From positions 2,000 to 65,999 of the forward strand of contig DBYV01000012.1 of the NCBI GenBank assembly GCA_002310995.1: 64,000 bases of DNA, in the 5' to 3' direction. Position numbers and translations under genes: made by a program. This document shows positions 1 through 7,792 of this stretch, in pieces. Below the pieces are notes generated by a model. The model searched no databases, was not told the origin of the DNA, and saw nothing but the letters and a program-made list of their open reading frames with translations. The number at the start of each line of letters is the position of its first letter. Within the stretch, counting starts at the first letter, position 1. The stretch is from a bacterium UBP6_UBA1177 (GTDB taxonomy: Bacteria > UBP6 > UBA1177).

Positions 1-1
1 G

Positions 2-454
2 TGCTATTTAGTCGGAAAAGCGGGGAAAACAGCACGGAATTTCTTCAAAAACAATTCTCTCGTCAGCGATTTTGACGAAGAAGTTGCCGTGCTCAACAAA
101 ACTTTCATCCACACAAAAAGCACTCTCGATTTAAAAAAATTCAAAAATTTCAAGAGTTTGCTTGAAGATTCCGAAAAATTCATGGCAAACCTGGCCGTTG
201 ATATGCTTGAAGCGACTGAAGCCGAACTCTGGATAACCGGATGCAGCGAACTTGGAGAAAAAAAGTTGTTTTCCGAATATCTGAAAACCCTGAAATCAAG
301 ATGCACCAAAAATCCCACTTTGAAAGAGAGAATTTTCTTTTATCCCCACTTCTCTTTCGGAAATTTCAGCAAAAATTTGAATTTGGTTCTTGCGAAAAAC
401 CACGGAATATCTATCGAAAACGCCTTAAAAGCGGCTTCACTGCAAATTTTTTAA
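2..454 (+). CDS. hypothetical protein, 3' fragment (frame open from the left window edge)
   Basis: The frame holding track ORF 89..454 has no stop back to nt 2, so the gene begins upstream of the window. No motif recognised. Confidence 0.4.
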   Translation, partial: CYLVGKAGKTARNFFKNNSLVSDFDEEVAVLNKTFIHTKSTLDLKKFKNFKSLLEDSEKFMANLAVDMLEATEAELWITGCSELGEKKLFSEYLKTLKSRCTKNPTLKERIFFYPHFSFGNFSKNLNLVLAKNHGISIENALKAASLQIF

Positions 455-552
455 TGAGAAAAACAGCAAAGAGGAGAAACAAAAATTCCTTGCTTTTTTT
501 CTTCTTTTCTCTAAAATTATTCGTTTTTTGCTAACTTTTATGAGGTAGAACA

Positions 553-2211
553 ATGAAAAAAGTTTTTTTGATTTTTGCTTTTTGTTCACTTTTTGTATTC
601 ACAGGTTGTGGATCTAATGATACCGACAACCCAGACACGGCTGACACTTCCGACACGGTTGACACTGCTGACACATCCGATACTTCAGACACATCGGACA
701 CTTCAGACACATCAGATACTTCAGATACATCGGATACATCAAACACATCAGACACATCAGATACTTCGGACACAGCTGATACTTCAGATACTTCAGACAC
801 TTCGGATACTTCAGATACATCAGATACTTCAGATACATCGGATACTTCGGACACAGCTGATACTTCAGACACAGCCGATACTTCGGACTCATCAGATACT
901 TCGGACACGGCTGACACTTCGGACACGGCTGACACTTCGGACACAGCCGACACTTCGGACACCGCTGACACCGCTGACACCTCTGACACATCAGATACAG
1001 GCATCGAATGCACAGGTATTTCACTTGATGCATCTACTTTCATGCCTTACTATGAAGGTACTTATATCGGATTTGTTACAGACGGCGTTCTCGGCGACGC
1101 ATCTTTTGATGATCTTATAGAGATCGATTTCCGGAATGGAGTAGCCACAGGTTCTTATAATTCAACCAATTACGACTGCACCGCATGTACGATTGTTGCT
1201 CAGGACAACAACTCTGGCAGCGAGACCGAGACAATGTACTTCCAGAAAAACGGAACAATCGTTGTAAGCGAATATGATCCTGAAACCCTGGAAATGTCCG
1301 CAGAAATTTCGGTTGAACTCTCTGAAGTTACAATCGGAACGGACGGCTATCTCCACCTCAAAGAGAACGGAGCATGCATCACGATTGAAACCGGCATTGT
1401 AAAAGCTGAAGAATCTTCAGACCATGCAATCAAAACCTGCGCCGGCATTACAGAATGTAAGAAAGGATGTAACGACGAAGATGAGGCGTGTATAGAAAAC
1501 TGCTTCAGCGACATCTCGGCAGTAGCAAGAACGCAGTACAACAACCTTTTCTCGACATGCAACAATGCACACAACTGCGAAGGCAACTACTACTGCCTGT
1601 GGGAAAACTGCGTCGAAGAGGAAGAAGTCTGCGGAATGAGGGGCGACACTGAAAATTACAATATTCCTTACGGCGAAGTAACCATCAACGGAACATTCAC
1701 CTATCTCCATGCAGAAGGTGAGACCGAAATACTTTATTCTCATGCACTTGAAGCCGCTTTTGTTGAGGGAACATTCGGAAACAACAATACACCTGTCGTA
1801 GATTCTGAAGGTCAGCTTCTTTCTTATGCAAAGATCGCTCCTTTCAAAGATGTTCCTGAAGAAAAGAACATCACGCTTGTTCAGACCTACAAAAAAGAAG
1901 AAGGAAAGAGTTTCGGTCCGACTGTTCACATTGTAACAACTCTTCACGAGACGGGCACATACAAGCTCGGTCTCAGCGACTGGGAGGAAGAAGCAAGACT
2001 TTTCATCAGCAATACAGACAGCGAAGGCGAAAAAATCTGTGACCACGCTTTCGGTGTAGGCACGATCAATATCACCGCTATCAGCTGGACTCCCGGCGAA
2101 ACAACGATTTCCGTCAACGGAACCGCAAAACTCTACAGCTACAAAGCAAGTCCTCACTACGGCGGCGACATCTCCGGCACCGAGTGGGTTGCATGCGAAC
2201 CTAAAAATTAA
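553..2211 (+). CDS. secreted lipoprotein with about 40 tandem D-T-[S/A] repeats and a Cys-rich C-terminal region
   Basis: GAGGT RBS upstream of the ATG. Signal peptide MKKVFLIFAFCSLFVFTG|C has a lipobox. Roughly aa 28-149 are pure DT[SA] repeat. A 10-Cys module lies at nt 1438-1631. Confidence 0.8.
   Translation: MKKVFLIFAFCSLFVFTGCGSNDTDNPDTADTSDTVDTADTSDTSDTSDTSDTSDTSDTSDTSNTSDTSDTSDTADTSDTSDTSDTSDTSDTSDTSDTSDTADTSDTADTSDSSDTSDTADTSDTADTSDTADTSDTADTADTSDTSDTGIECTGISLDASTFMPYYEGTYIGFVTDGVLGDASFDDLIEIDFRNGVATGSYNSTNYDCTACTIVAQDNNSGSETETMYFQKNGTIVVSEYDPETLEMSAEISVELSEVTIGTDGYLHLKENGACITIETGIVKAEESSDHAIKTCAGITECKKGCNDEDEACIENCFSDISAVARTQYNNLFSTCNNAHNCEGNYYCLWENCVEEEEVCGMRGDTENYNIPYGEVTINGTFTYLHAEGETEILYSHALEAAFVEGTFGNNNTPVVDSEGQLLSYAKIAPFKDVPEEKNITLVQTYKKEEGKSFGPTVHIVTTLHETGTYKLGLSDWEEEARLFISNTDSEGEKICDHAFGVGTINITAISWTPGETTISVNGTAKLYSYKASPHYGGDISGTEWVACEPKN
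634..999 (+). repeat. in-frame tandem codon repeat (GAYACN-KCN units, partly organised as an 18-nt DTSDTA unit) encoding (D-T-[S/A/V])n
   Basis: Direct reading: 366 nt of gacacttcg/gatacatca/gacacggct units. It produces long spurious ORFs in the other frames and on the antisense strand. Confidence 0.9.
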
Positions 2212-2276
2212 TCCTGAATCTTGCCTTTTCCCCTTTTTTCCCTAAAATTCCCTGTTTTTTCTGTTAGGAGGTAAAA

Positions 2277-4394
2277 ATGAAAAAACTTTCTATTATTGCA
2301 TTGATTTTATTAGCAGTTTTAGTCGGTTGCACTAAAACGAAAAAAGAGGAGGAAAGCCCTGTGAAACAGGAACAGGTGAACTGGAACTATCCTGAAACGA
2401 AGCGTGAACTTGTGACGGACGATTACTTCGGCACGAAAGTCGAAGATTACTACCGCCATCTTGAAAACAACGATTCAGAAGACGTTCAGAAGTGGACTGA
2501 GGCACAGAACGAGCTTACCGAAAAGACGATTTTTTCGTGGGCACAGACTCCGAAAATCGAAAAAAGGCTCGGCGAAGTCTGGAATTACGACAAAATGATG
2601 CTTCCGATCAAACGCGGCGACAAACTTTTCTATCGCTACCAGACGGGCCTTCAGAATCAGCCGGTCCTTATGATGCAGCTTCCCGACGGAACTAAAAAAG
2701 AGCTCGTCAACCCGAACACAATCGATAAAAACGGAACGACCGCTATGGACTGGTGGTATGTTTCGCCGAACGGCAAGTATATCGCGGCAGGACTCAGCGA
2801 AAACGGCTCGGAACAGTCTGTCCTTCACCTTTTTGACACCGATTCGGGCGCAGAGGCTGACAAACCGATTGACGGTTGCCGCTATGCAAGCGTTGGCTGG
2901 CTTCCAGACGAAAGCGGTTTTTACTACACAAGAAAGCTCGACGGAAACCACGAAGGCGAAATCGATACCGAACAGAGCGTCCGCTTTCACAAGATCGGTG
3001 AAGATGCCGAAAACGACGAAATCATCGCGAAAAGCTCGATAAAAGAGGCGATCCTCGTCAGTTCGCTTGACGAAAAAGGGCTCTGGCTCCTTCTCACCGA
3101 ATACCAGGGATCGAGCGGAAAAGCGAAACTCGCGGTTTACAACACGCAGACGAAAGAAACCAAAAAAATCGTTGACAACTACGAAAACATTTACGAAGGC
3201 GAGGCTTACGGCGGCTACCTTTTCCTGAAAACCGACAAAGACAACGCACTCAACTGGAAAATCGAGCGCGTCAACTGCGAAACTCTCGAATGGCAGACAG
3301 TCGTTGCAGAGCACGAAAAAGACGTTATCGAGCTGTTTGCGGTTTCAAAAGGGCGCATTGTCGTTTCCAAAATGCACGATGTCGCAAGCAAACTCGCGAT
3401 TTACGACCTTGACGGCCAGAACGAGCGTGAAATTCCCCTACCCGCTTTAGGAAGTGCCGAATTTATCGCGGATTCCGTAAACGATGAAATTTATGTCGCT
3501 TTCTCGTCGTTCGCATTCCCGCCGGCAATCTACGAATACACCGAAAACGGCGGAATGAAGCAGCTCTGGAAAGCAGAAGTTCCTGTAAACACTGAAGATA
3601 TTGTGACAGAGCAGATTTTCTACACCTCAAAAGACGGCACAAAAATCCCGATGTTCATAATTTACAAAAAAGGACTCGAAAAGAACGGCAAAAATCACAC
3701 TTTCCTGCGTGGTTACGGCGGTTTCAACGTCAACTATCCGATGTATTTCTCGGCAGTAAACGCAGTTTGGATCGAAACAGGCGGCATCATGGCGATCGCA
3801 AACATCCGCGGCGGCGGTGAATACGGTGAAAAATGGCACAGAGCGGGAATGCTTGACAAGAAACAGAATACTTTCGACGATTTTGCTTATGCAATGAAGT
3901 ATCTTGCCGAAAACAAATACACGAATCCTGAAAAACTCGCTATCTGGGGCGGCAGCAACGGCGGACTTCTCACCGGCGCAATGGTTACGCAGTTCGGAGA
4001 CCTTTTTAAAGCAGCAGTTGTTGCAGTTCCCCTGCTCGACATGCTCCGTTTCCACAAATTCCTCATCGGAAGATACTGGGTCAGCGAATACGGCTCAAGT
4101 GACGACAAAGAGCAGTTTGAATACATCCTCAAATATTCGCCCTACCAGAACATCAAGAAAGACGGCAAATTCCCGGCTGTCCTTCTTACCGCAGGCGAAC
4201 ACGATTCCCGCGTTCACCCGATGCATGCAAAGAAAATGGCGGCAGCCCTCCAGTACGAAAACAAATCAAACAACCCGATATTCCTCTGGGTCGAGACCAA
4301 AGCTGGTCACGGCCAGGGCAAATCAATGCAGGCAAGGATCAAAGAATCGGCAATGGAAATCGGTTTCTTCCTCAAAATGCTTGGTGTTGAATAA
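2277..4394 (+). CDS. prolyl oligopeptidase (peptidase S9A family), lipoprotein
   Basis: GGAGG RBS and lipobox LLAVLVG|C. Catalytic motifs are GGSNGGLL (Ser), GEHDSRV (Asp) and KAGHGQGK (His). The 705-aa length is typical of S9A. Confidence 0.85.
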   Translation: MKKLSIIALILLAVLVGCTKTKKEEESPVKQEQVNWNYPETKRELVTDDYFGTKVEDYYRHLENNDSEDVQKWTEAQNELTEKTIFSWAQTPKIEKRLGEVWNYDKMMLPIKRGDKLFYRYQTGLQNQPVLMMQLPDGTKKELVNPNTIDKNGTTAMDWWYVSPNGKYIAAGLSENGSEQSVLHLFDTDSGAEADKPIDGCRYASVGWLPDESGFYYTRKLDGNHEGEIDTEQSVRFHKIGEDAENDEIIAKSSIKEAILVSSLDEKGLWLLLTEYQGSSGKAKLAVYNTQTKETKKIVDNYENIYEGEAYGGYLFLKTDKDNALNWKIERVNCETLEWQTVVAEHEKDVIELFAVSKGRIVVSKMHDVASKLAIYDLDGQNEREIPLPALGSAEFIADSVNDEIYVAFSSFAFPPAIYEYTENGGMKQLWKAEVPVNTEDIVTEQIFYTSKDGTKIPMFIIYKKGLEKNGKNHTFLRGYGGFNVNYPMYFSAVNAVWIETGGIMAIANIRGGGEYGEKWHRAGMLDKKQNTFDDFAYAMKYLAENKYTNPEKLAIWGGSNGGLLTGAMVTQFGDLFKAAVVAVPLLDMLRFHKFLIGRYWVSEYGSSDDKEQFEYILKYSPYQNIKKDGKFPAVLLTAGEHDSRVHPMHAKKMAAALQYENKSNNPIFLWVETKAGHGQGKSMQARIKESAMEIGFFLKMLGVE

Positions 4395-4423
4395 AATTTC
4401 TTAATAAGATCAATCATTTAAAC

Positions 4424-4450
4424 GTAGAGACCATACTATGGCGTCTCTAC
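4424..4450. terminator. hairpin between the convergent S9A peptidase and serpin genes (possible bidirectional terminator)
   Basis: GTAGAGAC ... GTCTCTAC 8-bp inverted repeat. No clear U-tract. Confidence 0.3.
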
Positions 4451-4485
4451 AACAAATCCGATTATGAAATTATTAAATTGAACAG

Positions 4486-5952
4486 TTATTTGTATTCGGG
4501 TTTTTCGACCTTCCCCATGAAGAGAATCGAGCCGTTTCTCTCATCTCTGATAACGAAGAAGAAAGGTCTTCTGCCGTAGAAACCGGGGAAATTTTCACCG
4601 CCTGCCATATCTGAACCGACATCCGTAACTGCAGCCGCCTCACTTCCCTCTTCGTTTACATCAATGTATGTTTTGTGAGTAATTTCAGAAACATAGAGAG
4701 CCGGATTAGCTGCTGACATGCCGCCTGCATCAAAAACCTTCTCAAGCCCCAGAGATGTAAAAATCTCAGGAAGAGACTTTTCATACTCAAATTTGAACTT
4801 CGGAAGGTGGAGTTTGTAATAACCGCGGGTCAGTGACGGCATATATTCGGCAAAACCTTTTTCGACAAAATTACCGATAATTTCGTCAACAGTCAGAACC
4901 TCGTCGTTAGGAGTCTCGAAATCAGGATTTGCAACATACGCATAAAACGCGAAGGCACCTCTGCCGTACGGGATCTTGACTCCGGCAACACTCTGACCGG
5001 CAATGACATAGTCTCCGTATTTTACCTCGTCCGGATTTTCATAATACTTGAAACCCATGTAATCGGCTGTGGTTTCCGTTCCGTCTGACATAAAGAACTT
5101 GTCGGTAAAAGTGGTCTCTTTGTCAAACGCCTTGCTCCATGCAGCCTTGAAGTAAATTGCGTTGATAAGGTACATAACAGTGAGCGGATCAATAGATTCG
5201 ATAATTTTATCGATTTTGCCGTGCGTCTTTTCCGCGACCCAGGAATTGATGAGCCCTACCGTTTCAACATCACCGAAATCAGCTGTAAAAAGCTCGGAGT
5301 TATAACTTTCCTCAAGAATGGTGATGAACTCCTCCCTTATATCCTCGGAAATACCTTCTTCGAGCCAGATTGAGTTTGCAATTTCAAAAACCATATCTTT
5401 GTCTGCCGAAACAAGGCTGGCAATAAGCTCTTCGAACTGCTCATTTACAGAGGGAAGCTCCATTTCGCCGTAACCAAGAACTTCCTTCATTTCGGCAAGT
5501 GCTTCGTTTTCAGTACCGTTTGCAGTCATCGCCATGGCGATTGAAATCGAAAGCGGTGAAATCATAATGTTTTCTTTCTGTCCGATTGCGAGCTTTTCAA
5601 AAATATTGAGTCCGAGTCTTGTGTTTGCCTCTACAATTTCTTTAGAAACAGCATCTGCGTGCGCATCAGCAACCGAGTAAGCCTGAAGTACCGGATCTTC
5701 CGGTTCGTCAGTGTCAGTCGGCTCTGTAGCATCACTGTCGTCCAACTCTGCCGGATCGCTATCGCCAGGTTCCGTAGTGTCACCGGTATCCTCATGCTCA
5801 GTTGTATCGCCGGTATCGGTGTCGCCCTTGTCAACAGAAGTTTCTCCTGTATCAGATGTTGTGTCCTTTTCTTTATTGTCATCACCGCAGGCTACAAGCA
5901 TAAAAACAAGAAAAACAGCAGAAACGAGTGTCAACAATGATTTTTTAGTCAT
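4486..5952 (-). CDS. serpin (serine protease inhibitor) lipoprotein with acidic N-terminal tether
   Basis: GGAGG RBS and lipobox MLVA|C. Serpin motifs NAIYFKAAWSKAFD, hinge EEGSEAAAVT and C-terminal PFFFVIRDERNGSILFMGKV. Confidence 0.85.
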   Translation of the reverse strand: MTKKSLLTLVSAVFLVFMLVACGDDNKEKDTTSDTGETSVDKGDTDTGDTTEHEDTGDTTEPGDSDPAELDDSDATEPTDTDEPEDPVLQAYSVADAHADAVSKEIVEANTRLGLNIFEKLAIGQKENIMISPLSISIAMAMTANGTENEALAEMKEVLGYGEMELPSVNEQFEELIASLVSADKDMVFEIANSIWLEEGISEDIREEFITILEESYNSELFTADFGDVETVGLINSWVAEKTHGKIDKIIESIDPLTVMYLINAIYFKAAWSKAFDKETTFTDKFFMSDGTETTADYMGFKYYENPDEVKYGDYVIAGQSVAGVKIPYGRGAFAFYAYVANPDFETPNDEVLTVDEIIGNFVEKGFAEYMPSLTRGYYKLHLPKFKFEYEKSLPEIFTSLGLEKVFDAGGMSAANPALYVSEITHKTYIDVNEEGSEAAAVTDVGSDMAGGENFPGFYGRRPFFFVIRDERNGSILFMGKVEKPEYK

Positions 5953-6033
5953 AATTTGCCTCCATTAAAGTTAAAAAACCAAACAAACATATATTTAGTT
6001 ACATAAAATGCCAATTTTTCTGACTCAAAAATT

Positions 6034-6048
6034 AAAAAAAAAAAAAAA
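6034..6048. repeat. A15 homopolymer (T15 on the coding strand of both flanking genes)
   Basis: Counted directly. It lies 3' of the Cys-rich gene stop (6137) and about 82-96 nt upstream of the serpin ATG (5952). A 7-bp stem AACGATA/TATCGTT precedes it on the minus strand. Confidence 0.9.
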
Positions 6049-6136
6049 CGATAACAATTTGATTTTATTAACAAAAAAATATCGTTTTCAAGCAGAAATG
6101 CTATGAATTATGAATTTGAGCTATCAGTTGAGAATT

Positions 6137-7609
6137 TTAGTATGGGCACTTCGGATTGCTGTCATTGCCGCAGGTCGCATTTGCCTGAGAAGGAGCATTC
6201 TGGAGACATGTGCTGGAATCCCAGCCGCATGCGCCTACATTGCCCTGGTTATCCTGCTCGCAGCAGCTTTCAATCAGCTGACGGTAACCGGTAGCTTCAC
6301 CGGCGCCGATTTTGCTTCCCCAGCTCTCGCATGTTTCCATACATTTTATCTTTTCATCGGTATTTTCAGCATTGCTCTTCGGATAGCCGCCGCACTCCTG
6401 TTCAATGCAGGTTTTGATTGCAGAACAACTGCAGAATTTGTAGCACATTGTCACACCGTATTCCGTACAGTTCTTGTTGCAGTATGCCGAGCCAGTTTTT
6501 GCTTCGTACATAGCGTCGCCGTTTGCGTCCTTGATATCGCCGCAATCGACATATTCACCTTTCTCACAGATTTCGTAAGGTTTATCAACGATATCGTTTC
6601 CGCATGTGAGGTGTGTCTTGCATGCATCAGCCTGGAATTTGCAAACACCGTTCATGCACTCTTCATCAACCACACATTCATTCTGCATGAGGCACTCGTT
6701 CATCGTGTCGTAAATATTTTTCGCAGCAGGCCAAGTTTTAGAAATACATTCATCCTTACAGCTTGAATCGTTGCAATCCTTAACACATTCATAAACCTGA
6801 TAGCATGTGAGTGCGTTGATATCAACGCATGAATAAGGATCCCATCCTGTACATTCCGAATTGCAGACAGCTTCGTTTATCGGCTGATATTGCTTATCCT
6901 CTGTATTGAGTTCCTGACACGGTTTTGTCTCTTTCTTTTCACAGATTTCGCCTTCGTCAAGAACGCCGTTTCCGCACTTCTGATTAGGATTGCATGCATA
7001 ATATGCATCATAGCAGTTCTTCGTAAGACATTCTTCGTCTGCGACTCCGCCACATGTAGCCGCACATTTTTCAAGCTCGGCATAGAGAGCTGCACCCTGA
7101 TCAGTTCCTTCAGCTTTGCAAGAAGACTCGCATGCGCTGTCAGCGCCGCACCTCTTAACACAATCCAGAATGTAAGAGCAAGGTCTTATCTTTCCTCCGT
7201 TCGAACAATTTTCAGGATTCCAGCCGCGGCAGTCTCTTCTGCACTGTGCATCACCTTGAGTATAGTTGCCTGGAAGTTCCGAACACGGTTTGGTATTGCC
7301 CTGTTCACAGGTTTCTCCGCTGTCAATCTGGAAATTTCCACAGCTATCACTAGGGTCTCTTGCTATACATTTGCTTGTATCATAAGCGGAACAGTCAGAA
7401 TTACAGGATGCTTTTCCTTCAGGATAGAAATGGCCTGCTTCCCAGCATGCGACTTCGCCGTCGCAAACTTCACCTTCGTCAAGCTTGCCGTTTCCGCATT
7501 TTGGTACGTTTGAATCAGCCTCGCTGCTGTCGGAACTGCTACCACCGCCGCATGAAACCAGCAACATCATGCAAAATACAAAGACTGAAATAGTTAAAAT
7601 TTTTTTCAT
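6137..7609 (-). CDS. cysteine-rich secreted lipoprotein (about 58 Cys in 490 aa) with CGNGxLDEGExC repeats
   Basis: GAGGAG RBS and lipobox LLVS|C. Four CGN[GFD]x[LIV]DxGExC repeats resemble the Myxococcus cysteine-rich repeat. Three 10-Cys modules are present. Confidence 0.75.
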   Translation of the reverse strand: MKKILTISVFVFCMMLLVSCGGGSSSDSSEADSNVPKCGNGKLDEGEVCDGEVACWEAGHFYPEGKASCNSDCSAYDTSKCIARDPSDSCGNFQIDSGETCEQGNTKPCSELPGNYTQGDAQCRRDCRGWNPENCSNGGKIRPCSYILDCVKRCGADSACESSCKAEGTDQGAALYAELEKCAATCGGVADEECLTKNCYDAYYACNPNQKCGNGVLDEGEICEKKETKPCQELNTEDKQYQPINEAVCNSECTGWDPYSCVDINALTCYQVYECVKDCNDSSCKDECISKTWPAAKNIYDTMNECLMQNECVVDEECMNGVCKFQADACKTHLTCGNDIVDKPYEICEKGEYVDCGDIKDANGDAMYEAKTGSAYCNKNCTEYGVTMCYKFCSCSAIKTCIEQECGGYPKSNAENTDEKIKCMETCESWGSKIGAGEATGYRQLIESCCEQDNQGNVGACGWDSSTCLQNAPSQANATCGNDSNPKCPY

Positions 7610-7647
7610 AAGAAACTCCTCTGGTAAAAAAAATCAAAAAACCCGCA

Positions 7648-7675
7648 ATTTTAAAAAAAAACCTAAAAAAGGCAA
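7648..7675 (-). promoter_or_regulatory. sigma70-type promoter TTGCCT-16-TAAAAT for the Cys-rich lipoprotein gene
   Basis: Read on the minus strand: -35 at 7670-7675 and -10 at 7648-7653, with a 16-nt spacer. Confidence 0.45.
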
Positions 7676-7690
7676 GAGCATCGTTTTTCT

Positions 7691-7792
7691 CGACGCCGCC
7701 GCCAATTTGTTATCGATATTTCGTAATTTCGACATTTCGATATTTCGAGGCGGCGAATCGATATTTCGACAAAGGTTTGCGGCGAAAAAAAA
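7691..7792. repeat. intergenic repeat element: GCCGCCGCC / GGCGGCG clamps around a tandem ATTTCGNN octamer array
   Basis: ATTTCG copies at 7718, 7726, 7734 and 7742 (exact 8-nt period), plus one at 7763. GCCGCCGCC lies at 7695-7703, GGCGGCG at 7749-7755 and GCGGCGAAAAAAAA at 7779-7792. Related copies occur at 37338-37386, 11245-11270 and 29783-29828. Confidence 0.6.

Noticed and set aside
634-999. Possible CRISPR array or other spacer-containing repeat
   Set aside because: The period is 9/18 nt with no unique spacers, it is fully in frame inside a CDS, and there are no cas genes in the window.
531-1120. Three long ORFs (531..1043 -, 575..1120 +, 614..1033 -) overlapping the start of the 553..2211 gene
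   Set aside because: All are alternative-frame or antisense readings of the DT[SA] codon repeat (SEVSAVSEVS..., HQTHQILR..., CPKCQPCPK...). Only the 553 frame has an RBS, a lipobox signal peptide and a non-repetitive continuation.
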